NCBI GenBank assembly: GCA_963833985.1
Contig: CAWIAD010000001.1
Coordinates: forward strand, 704,001 to 768,000
Source of the DNA: an uncultured Planctomycetaceae bacterium
Lineage (GTDB): Bacteria; Planctomycetota; Planctomycetia; Isosphaerales; Isosphaeraceae
DNA: 64,000 nt
Reading direction: 5' to 3'
Shown: one piece after another, positions 22,527-33,647 of the stretch
How the letters are laid out: every line of letters starts with the position of its first letter
Numbering within the stretch: the stretch's first letter is position 1
Made by a program: the position numbers and the translations under genes
The notes under the pieces: generated by a model
The model's input: only the letters and a program-made list of their open reading frames with translations
What the model was told of the DNA's origin: nothing
Databases searched by the model: none

Positions 22527-23282
22527 ATGAAAGCATTATGCATTGCAGCCGCCGTTGCGGTGTTTGTCGGGCTGGCGTCCGTTCCCGGACGAGGCGACGA
22601 TGCCCAGGTAAACCAGGTCCTCGACAAGGCCATCAAGGCCCTGGGGGGTGAGGAGAAGCTCAGCAAGGCAACCGCCCTTTCATGGAAGACCAAGGGCAAG
22701 CTGACGATCGAGGGCAACGAGAACGAGGTCAGCACCCAGTCCACCGTCGAGGGGCTCAACCACTACAACGCGGTCTTCGAGGGCGAGTTCAACGGCAACA
22801 AGTTCAAGGGCCTGGTCGTGCTCAACGGGGACAAGGGCTGGCGCAGGTTTGGCGAACAGAACATGGACATGGATGAAGATGCGGTCAAGAACGAGAAGCG
22901 CACCATCTACCTGAGCGTCGCTCCGGCGACGATCGTGCCGCTGAAGTCGAAAGACTTCAAGGTGACCGCTGCGCCGGACGAAAAAGTGGGCGACAAGCCG
23001 GCGGCGGTGCTCAAGGTCACGGGACCGGATGGCAAGGACTTCACCCTGTCCTTCGACAAGGAGAGCGGCCTGCCCGTTCGCATGGTCGCGAAGGTCGCCG
23101 GCTGGATGGGCGAAGAGTACGTGCAGGACACCACTTTCAGCGACTTCAAGGTCATGGACGGCATCATGAGGGCCACGAAGCTCTCCATGAAGCGCGACGG
23201 CGAGAAGTTCATGGAAGCCGAGATCACCGACTTCAAGGTCCTGGACAAGGTCCCCGCCGACACCTTCACCGAGCCGAAGTGA
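22527..23282 (+). CDS. Secreted hypothetical protein, possibly LolA-like beta fold
   Basis: Signal peptide; LDKAIKALGG, FDKESGLP motifs; strongly GC3-biased codons. Confidence 0.75.
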   Translation: MKALCIAAAVAVFVGLASVPGRGDDAQVNQVLDKAIKALGGEEKLSKATALSWKTKGKLTIEGNENEVSTQSTVEGLNHYNAVFEGEFNGNKFKGLVVLNGDKGWRRFGEQNMDMDEDAVKNEKRTIYLSVAPATIVPLKSKDFKVTAAPDEKVGDKPAAVLKVTGPDGKDFTLSFDKESGLPVRMVAKVAGWMGEEYVQDTTFSDFKVMDGIMRATKLSMKRDGEKFMEAEITDFKVLDKVPADTFTEPK

Positions 23283-23307
23283 ACCGAACCGCGGATGCAC
23301 CGGCGGT

Positions 23308-24807
23308 TCACCCCAGGAGCGAGGTGAGCACGCGGCCCGCGACGTCGGTCAGGCGCTCGTCGCGGCCGCTGTGCAGGAACGTCAGCCGCTTGTGATCCAG
23401 GCCCATCAGGTGCAGGATCGTGGCGTGAATATCGTTGACGTGAGCCCGATCGGCGACGGCGTTGAGCCCGATCTCGTCGGTCGCGCCCACGACGGTTCCC
23501 CCCGCGACGCCACCGCCGGCCATCCACATGGTGAACCCCGTGGCGTTGTGGTCGCGGCCCCGGCCGCCTCCCTGGCGGACCGGCGTGCGGCCAAATTCGC
23601 CGCCCCAGACTACCAGGGTTTCCTCCAGAAGCCCCGTTCGCTTGAGGTCCGTCAAGAGAGCGGCCACGGGCTTGTCGGTCAGCCCGCACATCTTCTCGTG
23701 GTTGGCGTCAATGTCGTCATGGGCGTCCCACTGCATCGCCACCGGGCCACCGCCGGAGTAAAGCTGCACGAACCGCACGCCTCGCTCCACCAGGCGCCGG
23801 GCCAGCAAGCAGCGCGTGCCGAACTCGGCGGTCCGCGGGTCATCCAGCCCGTACATGGCCCTGGTCCGCACCGACTCGCTCGCGAGGTCCACCGCCTCGG
23901 GTGCTGCGCTCTGCATCCGGAAGGCCAGTTCGTAAGATGCGATCCGCGCGGAAAGCTCGGTGTCGCCCGGGTCCAGGTCCTGCTCGTTCATGGCACGGAC
24001 CAGGTCCAGGAGATGACGCTGGCGCGCCTGGGAGAACTCGTCCGGCGGACGGAGATTCACGATCGGCGCCGGTCCGCTGCGGAACAGGGTTCCCTGGTAA
24101 TGCGCGGGGAGGTAGCCCGCTGCCCAGCAGGGAGGCCCTCCTTCGGGCGTTCCTTCCGGCTGCGTCATGACCACGTAGGCAGGCAGGTTCTCCGCCTCGG
24201 ATCCCAGTCCATAGACCACCCAGCTTCCCACGCTGGGATGACCCATGAAGATTCGACCCGTCAGCATTTGATACATGGCCGGCGCGTGGATCACGCTGTC
24301 CGCCACGCACGACCGCACCAGCGCGATCTCATCGGCATGCTGGTGCAGGTGGGGAACCAGGTCGGACATCTCCAGTCCGGACTGGCCGTACTTGCCCCAC
24401 TTACGGTGCGAGCCCATGCACAGCGGGTTGCTCTCCAGGAACTGGCTATGAATCTTGCCGAAGCTGGGCGGCAGGGGCTGACCGTCGAGCCGGTTCAGCA
24501 CCGGCTTGGGATCGAACAGGTCGACCTGGCTGGGCCCGCCGGTCATGAACAGGAAAACGCAGCGCTTCGCCCTGGCGGCGAAATGGGCCGGCCTGGCCGC
24601 CAGCGGGTAAGCCGACAATGGCGTGACGCGATCGTTCGCCCTGGTCTGCTCCTGGAGCAAGGCCGAGAGCGCCACCAGGCCAAAGCCGTTGCCCGTGCGC
24701 GCCAGGAACTCGCGACGGTTGAGCGGGTTGATGGCCGGCGCGGTGGAGCAGGGCCCGGGGCAGTGTTGAGTGCGGCGCGGCTCACGGACTCGTCGCCTCT
24801 GGGTCAT
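23308..24807 (-). CDS. DUF1501 domain protein (Tat)
   Basis: [46 protein letters not shown]. Confidence 0.95.
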   Translation of the reverse strand: MTQRRRVREPRRTQHCPGPCSTAPAINPLNRREFLARTGNGFGLVALSALLQEQTRANDRVTPLSAYPLAARPAHFAARAKRCVFLFMTGGPSQVDLFDPKPVLNRLDGQPLPPSFGKIHSQFLESNPLCMGSHRKWGKYGQSGLEMSDLVPHLHQHADEIALVRSCVADSVIHAPAMYQMLTGRIFMGHPSVGSWVVYGLGSEAENLPAYVVMTQPEGTPEGGPPCWAAGYLPAHYQGTLFRSGPAPIVNLRPPDEFSQARQRHLLDLVRAMNEQDLDPGDTELSARIASYELAFRMQSAAPEAVDLASESVRTRAMYGLDDPRTAEFGTRCLLARRLVERGVRFVQLYSGGGPVAMQWDAHDDIDANHEKMCGLTDKPVAALLTDLKRTGLLEETLVVWGGEFGRTPVRQGGGRGRDHNATGFTMWMAGGGVAGGTVVGATDEIGLNAVADRAHVNDIHATILHLMGLDHKRLTFLHSGRDERLTDVAGRVLTSLLG

Positions 24808-24904
24808 CCTCGGCTCCTTCATCCGATCGGCTCGAGCGTGGGCGCCTTGCTGTCGACCGGGGATCCGACTGTTTCGGTGGCCATGGGCTCCCCTCGCCAA
24901 TCGA

Positions 24905-27256
24905 TCAGGGCACGTACAGGAATTCATTAGAATTGAGCATGGCCAGGGAAAAGTCCGCAAGGGCCTGCGCGCCGCGGGCCTTGACTGATTCGTCGAGGGC
25001 GCGATGGTCCGCGTCTGTCGCGCTGCCATGCTGCTGCTTCCGGATCAGCTCGCCCTGCGATGCGAGGAACGCTTCCGCGCGGGCAAGCTCGCCGGGTGCC
25101 GGCGCGCGGCAGAGGACGAGCTCGTACGCCCGACGGACCTGGTCAGCGGGGCCGCCAGGGGCTTCGCGGCGGATCCGGTCCGCCAGCGCACGAGCCAGGG
25201 ACAGGGCGAACTCGCTGTTCAGCAGGTTCAGTGCCTGGAGCGCGTGGGTGCTGTTTTCTCGACGGGGACAGGGGAACTGATTGTCCGGCGCATCGAATGA
25301 CTCGAGCAGTGGATAGCGGACGTTCCGCTTGCGGTACAGGTAAAGCGAGCGCCTCAGGTGCTCGCTCGGGTCGCGATCCACGGGCCAGATGTCCACGACC
25401 TCGGCCTCGGTGAAGATCAGATCCTCCACTTCCTTCTCCAGCGGGGCCAGCACGCCGGGCCCGCCCATTTTCAGGTTCAGCTTGCCCGAAACGGCGAGCA
25501 TCGCATCGCGGATCCCCTCGGCATCGAGCCGCCGCCGGTTCATCCTTCCCAGCAGCGTGTTGTCCGGATCGTGCTGCGTGAGCTGGGCAATCGGCTTGCT
25601 CGACTGGCGATAGGTGGCCGAGGTGACGATCAGCCGGTGGATGGGCTTGAGCCGCCAGCCGGAGGAGATGAGCTCCGAGGCCAGCCAGTCAAGCAGCTCG
25701 GGGTGCGTGGGCAGCTCGCCGCGCACGCCCAGGTCGCTGGACGTCGGCGCGATCCCCCGGCCGAGGTGGTATTGCCAGAGGCGATTGACGATCACCCGCG
25801 GAACCAGCGGGTTCGTGCCGCTGGTGAGCCACCGCGCCAGCGCCGCGCGCCGACCCGTCGCGGAAGCGGTCGGCACGATCCAGTCCGGGCGGAAGGCGTG
25901 CCCTGGCTGGCTGGCCAGGACGATGCCCAGCGGCCGCGGCTGCACTTTCGGCCCCTTGTTGTGATAATCTCCCCGCTTGAAGACAAAGGTCTCCGGAGCC
26001 GTCTTGCCGCGATCGACCAGCGCCATGGCGGCCGCGGGCGGGCGGGGGAGCGTACGCTCGAGCTCGGCGATCGCCCTCTTGAGCCGCTCGCGGTGCTCGT
26101 GGTCGGCAGGGACCGCGGCGACGGCCGCGGCAACCTCTTCCCAGGTGACCCGGAGTGACGATTCCAGGCCCTTGACCAGCCGCTTCTGGGCGGCGGACCG
26201 TGCCTTCTCGGGGATCGCCATCACCGCGCGTTCCTCGGCCGTGAGCAGGGCATGCTTCGTCTCTGCGAGCCGCTGACGATACGGTGCCTCGAGCTTGGCC
26301 AGCCGGGCCCGGAGCGGAGCGGTCTTTTCCTCGATGGCCTTTCTGGCCGATTCCACGGCCGCCTGCTCGGCCTGCGTGGCGATCGGCAGATCCACCAGCT
26401 CGGACGCGGCGAAGAACGACTGAAGGCGGTAGTAGTCGGCCGTCGGGATGGCGTCGAACTTGTGGTCGTGGCAGCGGGCGCAGGCGATCGTCAGACCCAG
26501 GAAGACCGAGCCGACAGTCCCGGTGATCTCGGTCAGCTCGCTTTGCCGGCGCACTTCGGGGATGATGTTGCCGGAGACGACCTCGCGCGGGCCGCAGCGA
26601 CCGAAACCGGTCGCGATCAGAGCCTCGTGGCTGCCCGGTTCGATCTCGTCGCCGGCGATCTGCAAGGAGACAAACCGGTCGTAGGGCAGGTCGGCATTGA
26701 GCGCCTTGACCACCCAGTCGCGATACCGCCAGGCATCGGGCCGCTCGGCGTCGAGCTCGAATCCGTTCGTGTCTGCGTAATGAGCGAGGTCCAGCCAGTG
26801 CTGCGCCCACCGCTCGCCGTAGTGAGGGCTGGCGAGGAGCCGGTCCACCGCCTCTTCGTAGGCGCCCGGCCGCCGGTCGGCCAGGAAGGCGGCGACCTCC
26901 TCGGGACGGGGCGGCAAACCGGTCAGGTCGAACGTCAGGCGGCGGATCAGGGCAACCCGATCCGCTTCGGGGGCATGGGGCAGCTCGGCGCTTTCCAGCT
27001 CCGCCAGGATGAACCGGTCGATGGGGTTCCTGACCCAGCCGAGCTGCCGGACCCGTGGCGGCTCGGGCCGTTTCAAGGGCTGGTAGGCCCAGTGTTCCCG
27101 TTGCTCGGCCGTGAAGGTCTCGATCCGGGCCTCGCCGACCCGGGGCAGACCCTTTCGGTCCGCGCTCTCCGCGGGTGGCTCGGCCTTCACCACGGTCACG
27201 ACACAGGCCAAGGCGGCCATCCAGATCGCGGGCCGAGTGCGGGCGGATCGCTGCAT
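24905..27256 (-). CDS. DUF1549/DUF1553 (PSCyt2/PSD1) planctomycete cytochrome-like protein
   Basis: [53 protein letters not shown]. Confidence 0.95.
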   Translation of the reverse strand: MQRSARTRPAIWMAALACVVTVVKAEPPAESADRKGLPRVGEARIETFTAEQREHWAYQPLKRPEPPRVRQLGWVRNPIDRFILAELESAELPHAPEADRVALIRRLTFDLTGLPPRPEEVAAFLADRRPGAYEEAVDRLLASPHYGERWAQHWLDLAHYADTNGFELDAERPDAWRYRDWVVKALNADLPYDRFVSLQIAGDEIEPGSHEALIATGFGRCGPREVVSGNIIPEVRRQSELTEITGTVGSVFLGLTIACARCHDHKFDAIPTADYYRLQSFFAASELVDLPIATQAEQAAVESARKAIEEKTAPLRARLAKLEAPYRQRLAETKHALLTAEERAVMAIPEKARSAAQKRLVKGLESSLRVTWEEVAAAVAAVPADHEHRERLKRAIAELERTLPRPPAAAMALVDRGKTAPETFVFKRGDYHNKGPKVQPRPLGIVLASQPGHAFRPDWIVPTASATGRRAALARWLTSGTNPLVPRVIVNRLWQYHLGRGIAPTSSDLGVRGELPTHPELLDWLASELISSGWRLKPIHRLIVTSATYRQSSKPIAQLTQHDPDNTLLGRMNRRRLDAEGIRDAMLAVSGKLNLKMGGPGVLAPLEKEVEDLIFTEAEVVDIWPVDRDPSEHLRRSLYLYRKRNVRYPLLESFDAPDNQFPCPRRENSTHALQALNLLNSEFALSLARALADRIRREAPGGPADQVRRAYELVLCRAPAPGELARAEAFLASQGELIRKQQHGSATDADHRALDESVKARGAQALADFSLAMLNSNEFLYVP

Positions 27257-27505
27257 GAAGCCACGTCCTCGGTCAGGTGAGCAGGGCGGGGTGGAGGTTC
27301 TCGGGCGTAGACGCACTTATTTTGCGGAAAGCCCCCGCTTTGGACAAGAGAAGCTCCCGCGCCACCTGATCCAACCGATTCACGGAAGAGGACGTCATGG
27401 CTTGCCAGGGCCTGCTCTGGCACGCAGGCAGAGCGAGCCCGGCAGCAGGGCAGAGCCTCGACAAGGAGAGGAAGAACCGATCAAAGATTTCCAGGAATCG
27501 ACTCG

Positions 27506-27830
27506 ATGCCAGATTCCGGGAATAGAACATCACAACCGGGCGATCCTGAGATAGACTGGAGGAGAGAACGACGATTCTGTCAACGATTGGACAGAGCCAT
27601 GACGCGCTCGGGCGATGATGCTCACTGGCGTGATCTTGAATCCCGTGCTCATCTGCCCGAAGTGCAGGAGCTCATCCGCCGGGAGATCCAGAACGGGACC
27701 ATCCGGGTCCGCCCCAACCCCGACGGCAGCATTCGCATCGAGCCGATCGAGGATCCGGCTGCCGGCCCTCCTGAGAGATCGCCAGACGATGCGGTACGAG
27801 AGCAAGCGCGCGGCGGGCCTACTTTGATCG
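27506..27830 (+). CDS. Small hypothetical protein, 3' end uncertain
   Basis: Coding-like stretch (HWRDLESRAHLPEVQELIRREIQNGTIRVRPNPDG); frame stays open to 28162 antisense to the next gene, so a missed stop or indel is likely. Confidence 0.35.
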
Positions 27831-27841
27831 TTTTCTCCGGT

Positions 27842-28810
27842 TCAAGGCGTTCCCGCCTTGGGCTTCTTGGCGATGAAAATGAGCTGCGTTCCGTCCCGGG
27901 AACAGCAGGGCGAATTGCTCTGCTGGTACTCAGCGCCCAACTCCACGGGCTGCCACGGGTCATCAAGGGAGTAGCGAACCATCGCTTCTCGTCGATCGAT
28001 CGCTCCGTTACAGACCACGGACTTGCTGTCAGCGGTCCAGTTGGCCCGGAACCAACCAATCCCCACGCTCAAATCGCGCTGGGTCTGAAGATCGTGCACG
28101 CAGATCACCGGAGGCCGTTCGGGAAGGCACAAACAGAAGGAGATCTTCTTGCCGTCCGGTGACCAGCTCGGACAGTCTCCATCGACAATCTGGCGCCGGT
28201 CGGTTCCGTCCAGCCTGGAAACGAAGACCGTCGATCCGATTCGAGCACCGCCCGTCTCGCCTCCACCCACGGAGAAGACCACCTGCTTCCCATCTGGAGA
28301 CCAGTCCGGCCACCGGCCAACGCCGATCCTTCGTTCGTTGCTGCCGTCCCTGTTGATCACGAACATCCCATCTTCCCACTTCGGGTTGTTGACCTTCTCT
28401 CGAACGAAGAGCAACTGCTTGCCGTCGGGAGACCAGCGTGGCGTTGCTCCCATCGCCAGCCGCGTCAGGTCTCGACCGTCAGGGCGGGCAATCCAGGATT
28501 CGGCGACCGAATTGTTGAAACCCTGCTTGTATCCGTCAAAGGCGATCCACTTGCCGTCGCTCGAGAAGCACGGTGACCCGAGCTCGCTGAACCCGGGCAT
28601 TATGACCCAGCTTCCTTTCCTGGGTGAATCCAGAGCCTGAATCCGGATGGTATTGGGAGTGATCTCCAGTTCGGGTGGATCATCGGCCCTGGCATGGGGC
28701 GCCGGCTCCCGCGGCCGGCCGTCATTTTTCCCATCCTGCTGGGCGCGGCTGGCTTCCACGCCCAGGGAACAGAGTCCGACAGAGATCGCCACCGCGAGAG
28801 TGCATCGCAT
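27842..28810 (-). CDS. TolB-like/PD40 beta-propeller secreted protein
   Basis: Repeated PxWSPDGK motifs; signal peptide. Confidence 0.9.
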   Translation of the reverse strand: MRCTLAVAISVGLCSLGVEASRAQQDGKNDGRPREPAPHARADDPPELEITPNTIRIQALDSPRKGSWVIMPGFSELGSPCFSSDGKWIAFDGYKQGFNNSVAESWIARPDGRDLTRLAMGATPRWSPDGKQLLFVREKVNNPKWEDGMFVINRDGSNERRIGVGRWPDWSPDGKQVVFSVGGGETGGARIGSTVFVSRLDGTDRRQIVDGDCPSWSPDGKKISFCLCLPERPPVICVHDLQTQRDLSVGIGWFRANWTADSKSVVCNGAIDRREAMVRYSLDDPWQPVELGAEYQQSNSPCCSRDGTQLIFIAKKPKAGTP

Positions 28811-29064
28811 GAGAGGGGCTCCAGGACGCCGACCGAACTGAAGTCAAATCGACAGGACACGATTATGCCGAGGTCATGAATCGACTGCAACAAAAAGAAA
28901 AATGCTCCGTACCGATCGGCCCCCGCTCGCCTGGGGGCATGGGCACTGGAAGGGCCTCGCGTTTCGCGTTGAGTCGGGTTCGGTTACCCCTTGCCTGAGT
29001 CTCTATGCTTGTTTTCGATGGAGGCAAGTCATTCGTGGGACGTTACTGACGACGGAGGTGCGCG

Positions 29065-29802
29065 ATGACACAGGAGGGAAGGGTGGCTCTGATCACGGGC
29101 ACTTCCCGGGGCATCGGCCGGGCCATCGCCGAGCGGCTCGCTCGCGACGGTATCGCCGTGGTCGTGAACTACGCCGGGAACGAGTCGGCCGCTCGGGACG
29201 CTGTAAACGCCATCGAAAAAAGTGGCGGCCGGGCGATTGCCGTGCAGGCGGATGTGGCGAATCGTGCCGACGTGCAGCGACTGTTCGAGGAAACCATCCA
29301 GAAGTTCGGCCGGCTCGATATCCTCGTCAACAATGCCGGGATCATGTTCAACAAGCCACTCGCCGATGTCGCCGAAGAGGAGTTCGACCGGATCTTCGCG
29401 GTGAACGTGAAGGGGACGTTCCTCGCCTGCCAGCAGGCCGCCCGACGCATGGCCGAAGGTGGACGGATCATCAATTTCTCCTCGTCCACGACCGCGATGA
29501 TGTTGCCCACCTACGGCGCATACGTGGCGACCAAAGGCGCCGTGGAGCAGATGTCGCACATCCTGGCCAAGGAGCTGGGGCCACGGGGCATCACGGTGAA
29601 CGTCGTCTCACCGGGCCCGACGGACACGGAGCTGTTCGGTCAAGGCAAGTCAGAGCAGGACAAGCAGCGTTTTGCCCAGCTTGCTGCGCTGGGGCGGCTC
29701 GGGCAGCCGCGCGACATCGCGGACGTCGTCGCGCTGCTGATCTGCGACGACGCGCGCTGGATCACCGGACAGAACTTGCGCGTCAACGGCGGGACCATCT
29801 GA
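29065..29802 (+). CDS. SDR family oxidoreductase
   Basis: TGTSRGIG, NNAG, YVATK. Confidence 0.95.
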   Translation: MTQEGRVALITGTSRGIGRAIAERLARDGIAVVVNYAGNESAARDAVNAIEKSGGRAIAVQADVANRADVQRLFEETIQKFGRLDILVNNAGIMFNKPLADVAEEEFDRIFAVNVKGTFLACQQAARRMAEGGRIINFSSSTTAMMLPTYGAYVATKGAVEQMSHILAKELGPRGITVNVVSPGPTDTELFGQGKSEQDKQRFAQLAALGRLGQPRDIADVVALLICDDARWITGQNLRVNGGTI

Positions 29803-29927
29803 CCGCGGAGGCCGAGTGACCGGGCCTGGCGCAAGAGTGAAACACCCCTGATTGCTGACAACGCCCAGTCGCTGGCGGCGACCCCGTCCCTCCCATTCGA
29901 TTCCTTGATGCAGAGTGAGGACATCCC

Positions 29928-31078
29928 GTGGCCCGGATCGAGCTGAGCAAGGTCAGCAAGGCGTTCGCACCAGGGGCGCCCGTCGTCAACGACATCAGCC
30001 TGGACATCGCCGAGGGGGAGCGGCTGGTCGTGCTGGGGCCATCCGGATCTGGCAAGACAACGCTGCTGCGGCTGATTGCCGGGCTGGAAGCGCCCGACGC
30101 CGGAACGCTCAGGATCGGCGGCCGCGACATGGCCGGCGTTCCTCCCCATCGCCGCGACGTCGCCATGGTGTTCCAGAACCCCGCCCTCTATCCGCACCTG
30201 AACGTCCAGGAAAACCTGGCCTTCGGGCTGAGGGCGCGGGGCGTCGCACGATCGGAGCGCCGCAGCCGCGTGCGCGATGTCGCCGAGATGCTGGGTCTGG
30301 GCCGGCTGCTACGCGCCGGCCCGCGGGGCTCTCCGGCGGCGAGCGGCAGCGCGTGGCCCTGGGCCGCGCGGTCGTGCGGGCACCACGGGTCCTGCTGCTC
30401 GACGAGCCGTTCTCGAACCTGGATGATCCGCTCCGCGCTGCGCTCCGGGAAGAGTTGCTGGCTCTCCATCACCGCTTCGGTTCAACCCTCGTGCACGTGA
30501 CGCACGACCAGGGCGAGGCGCTCGGGCTGGGCCAGAGGATCGCCGTCGTCCACGAAGGAAAGCTGGTCCAGGTGGATACGCCCGAGGCGGTTTACGAACG
30601 CCCGGCACACAGGTTCGTGGCCTCATTCGTCGGCAGCCCGGGCATGAACCGGATCGGCTGCGTGGCCGTGTTCGAGGAGTCCGAAGTCCAGATCCGCATG
30701 CCGGGCGTGGACACCATCCGGCTGCCGCGATCCATCCACTTCCAGCGCCAGGACTTACCTCGTAATGTTCCGGTGATGCTAGAACTGGGAGTGAGAGCGG
30801 AATCCGTGAAGCTTGCGGGCGAGCACCGCGAACCGTCGCTGCCGCTTCCCGCCGTGGTGAAGCACGTGGAATTCCAAGGGGGGTCGTGGCTGGTCGTGTT
30901 GCTGGCGTTGCGGGCCAGCGCACAGACCCTCCACTCGCGCGCTCCGTCCGGGCGGGAATTGCGGGAAGGCGAGCAAATCGTCGTCCATCTCGAACTCGAT
31001 CGCGCGTCGTGGTTCGACCCTTCCTCCGGCGTGCGCGTGCCGCTGGATTGCCAGCCGCACACCGACGCGATAGCGTGA
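29928..31078 (+). CDS. ABC transporter ATP-binding protein, MalK/PotA type (frameshift ~30313)
   Basis: GPSGSGKTT, MVFQNPALYPHL, then LSGGERQR, LLDEPFSNLD, HVTHDQ in next frame. Confidence 0.88.
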
Positions 31079-31119
31079 ATATGGGCAACAATCCGCACCT
31101 GAGACATTGAACCATCACC

Positions 31120-32208
31120 ATGCGCGACGTCCTTCGAACTCTGATCGATTCGCTTCAGGCAGGCCGTGAGCTGGTGTTTTGCCAGGTCGTGGAGACCAAG
31201 GGCTCGACGCCCCAGAAGGCCGGCGCCCTCATGATCGTCGACCCGGCAGGGGGACAGATCGGCACGCTCGGCGGTGGTTGCGTGGAGAACGAGGTCAAGC
31301 AGTACGCCATCCGGCAGGTGGGTGCTGCGGGAACCAGCCTGCGATCCTTCGTACTCGACCACGACCAGGCCTGGGCCGACGGCCTGATCTGCGGGGGCAA
31401 GATGGTCGTGGCCATCGAGGCCCTGCGGGGCGCGGAGCCGCTGCCGTACTTCCGCACACTCCATCTGCTGCTGGAAGCAGGAGCAGGGTTCACCGAGGCG
31501 GTTGTCGTCAATCCCGAACGGGTCCAGGACGCTGGCGACGGTGCGAATCTCGCCACGGGACGCAGGTTCCTTTTTGGGCCCGAAGGTGCTTGCCAGGCAA
31601 GCTGGCCGCCAGGTCCGGTTCCGGCCGGCTTGGCCGCGTCTGTCCTGCCGCTTCAGGAACGTCCTCGGCCGGAGGTGCGCGGAGGAGTGGCCTGGATGAC
31701 CACGCTGCCGCGCATTCGACTGCTGATCGTCGGCGCCGGGCATGTGGGGCAGGCAGTGGCCCGGCTGGCGGCTGAGACCGACTTCGACGTCTGGGTGATC
31801 GACGACCGGACGCAGTACGCCAACCCTGAGCGGTTTCCCCGGGCGCAGGAGATCATTGTCGGGCCGATCGAGCAGGTGCTGTCAAAGCTTGAGGTCACAC
31901 CGCATACCTACGCGCTGATCGTCACGCGCGGCCACGGGCATGATCAGGAGGCGCTCTATCACCTGGCGGCGACCCCGGCACCCTATGTCGGGCTCATCGG
32001 CAGCAAGAGGAAGATCAAGCTGATCTTCGAGAACCTGCGCGACGCGGGTATCGCCGCGGAGGATCTGGCGCGAGTCACCGCACCGGTGGGAATGGACATC
32101 GGCTCGCAGACCGTACCGGAAATCGCCGTGAGCATCGTGGCCGAGCTCATCGCGCGCCGCAACCTGGGCTCTCCTCAGAGCCGTATCTCCGCTTCAGGGC
32201 AGGAATAG
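31120..32208 (+). CDS. xdhC: XdhC/CoxI family molybdoenzyme maturation factor
   Basis: GSTPQKAGA, GTLGGGCVE, GLICGG, GAGHVG, VTRGH, YVGLIGSKRK, PEIAVSIVAE. Confidence 0.93.
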   Translation: MRDVLRTLIDSLQAGRELVFCQVVETKGSTPQKAGALMIVDPAGGQIGTLGGGCVENEVKQYAIRQVGAAGTSLRSFVLDHDQAWADGLICGGKMVVAIEALRGAEPLPYFRTLHLLLEAGAGFTEAVVVNPERVQDAGDGANLATGRRFLFGPEGACQASWPPGPVPAGLAASVLPLQERPRPEVRGGVAWMTTLPRIRLLIVGAGHVGQAVARLAAETDFDVWVIDDRTQYANPERFPRAQEIIVGPIEQVLSKLEVTPHTYALIVTRGHGHDQEALYHLAATPAPYVGLIGSKRKIKLIFENLRDAGIAAEDLARVTAPVGMDIGSQTVPEIAVSIVAELIARRNLGSPQSRISASGQE

Positions 32209-32303
32209 TCTAGCCAGCGATGTCCCCCATGCCGTGGCTATCATTGCAGAATCCCTCCCTTTGTCCCATGATGGCCCCGTCGCCTTGGAGCTGAGAGCAC
32301 GCC

Positions 32304-33174
32304 ATGACAGCGACGAGCATTCCCGCCGTGGTTCCGGCCGCGGGCAAGAGCCGGCGGATGGGGCAATCCAAGATGCTGCTGCCCTTCGGCGGACAGCCGC
32401 TCATCGGCCGCGTGATCCAGGCATTGCGTCAAGGGGGCGCCAGCCCGGTCCTGGTGGTCACTCCGCCGGTCGACGCGGCGGATGGACCGGGCATTGCCGC
32501 GGCCGCCAGCCGGGCTGGTGCCCTCGTGATCACCCCTCAGAAACGGCCGGCCGAGATGCGTGAATCGGCCGAACTGGCCATCGACCGGCTAGCACGCGAT
32601 GGTCCGCCGGCCGGCCTCGTCCTCACGCCGGGCGACAGCCCCGGCATCACGCCCACGATCGTCGGCCAGCTACTCGCTCGCTGGAGTGAGAATCCCGGGG
32701 CGATCATCGTACCCCGCGCTGGGGTCCGGCGCGCCCACCCCATCGTGCTCCCCTGGGATCTGGCTCGAGAGATTCCCCAGTTGCCCCGGCACGAGGGAAT
32801 CAATTCCCTCATGACGACCCACCCGGATCGCGTGGTGGAGCTGGAGCTCGAGCGCTACGGAACTGGCCGACGAGCTGAACACCCCGGAGGATCTGGAGCG
32901 CTGGAGACGCCGCGAGAAGCCGCTCTTGACCGTCCGCCTCTTCGCCGTGGCCAAGGAAAGGGCCGGCCGTGCCGAGATCGACCTGGAGATCCCCTTGCCG
33001 GCGACCGTCGCGGATCTTCGCCTGGTCCTGGCGTTGCAGTACCCGGAACTGGCCTCGCTGGCGCCTGGGGTTTCGGTTGCGGTCGAATCGGAGTATGCCA
33101 GCGATACCACGCTCATTCTCCCCGGCGCAGAGGTCGCACTGATCCCGCCGGTGAGCGGAGGCGGAGGGGCATGA
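32304..33174 (+). CDS. MocA/MobA-like nucleotidyltransferase fused to MoaD sulfur carrier (one indel ~32850)
   Basis: PAAGKSRRMGQSK, PGDSP, HPI; the C-terminal ELNTPEDL motif is in frame with TVRLFAVAKERAG...LIPPVSGG with no stop between. Confidence 0.8.
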
Positions 33175-33184
33175 GGAGCTTTTC

Positions 33185-33607
33185 ATGATCGAGATCACAA
33201 CGGGGCCGATCGATCACGCGGCGCTCACCGAGCGTGTCCGCTCGAACCGGGCCGGCGCAGTCTGCACCTTTCTGGGCACGGTTCGCGAGCTGACCGGCGA
33301 CCGGCGGACGCAGTCGCTCGATTATGAAGCTTATCCCGAGATGGCCGCGAAGAAGCTGGCCGAGCTGGATGAGGAAGCACGCCGGCGCTGGCCGGTGATC
33401 GACTTGGCAATCGTACATCGCGTCGGCCATCTGGACCTGGGCGAGATCAGCGTCGTTGTCGCCGTGAGCTGCCCGCACCGCAACGAGGCGTTCGAGGCCT
33501 GCCGCTGGCTGATCGACACGCTGAAAGAGGTCGCCCCGATCTGGAAACGCGAGACCTGGGCGGACGGCAGCCACGAATGGGTTCATCCGGGTTTGAGCGG
33601 ACCGTAG
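33185..33607 (+). CDS. moaE: Molybdopterin synthase catalytic subunit
   Basis: GAVCTFLGTVRE, YEAYPEMA, HRVGHL, PHR..AF, LKEVAPIWKRE. Confidence 0.96.
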   Translation: MIEITTGPIDHAALTERVRSNRAGAVCTFLGTVRELTGDRRTQSLDYEAYPEMAAKKLAELDEEARRRWPVIDLAIVHRVGHLDLGEISVVVAVSCPHRNEAFEACRWLIDTLKEVAPIWKRETWADGSHEWVHPGLSGP

Positions 33608-33647
33608 GCCGCTCGAGTGGAACGGCGGCACCAGGGGAACACATCTC

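Noticed and set aside
29803..31119. Moco riboswitch or ModC assignment ahead of xdhC
   Set aside because: No recognisable riboswitch structure; the ATPase looks MalK/PotA-like and has no permease here.
33174..33185. Triple MocA-MoaD-MoaE (MoaX-like) fusion
   Set aside because: moaE is in a different frame and has its own GAGGAG RBS and ATG.
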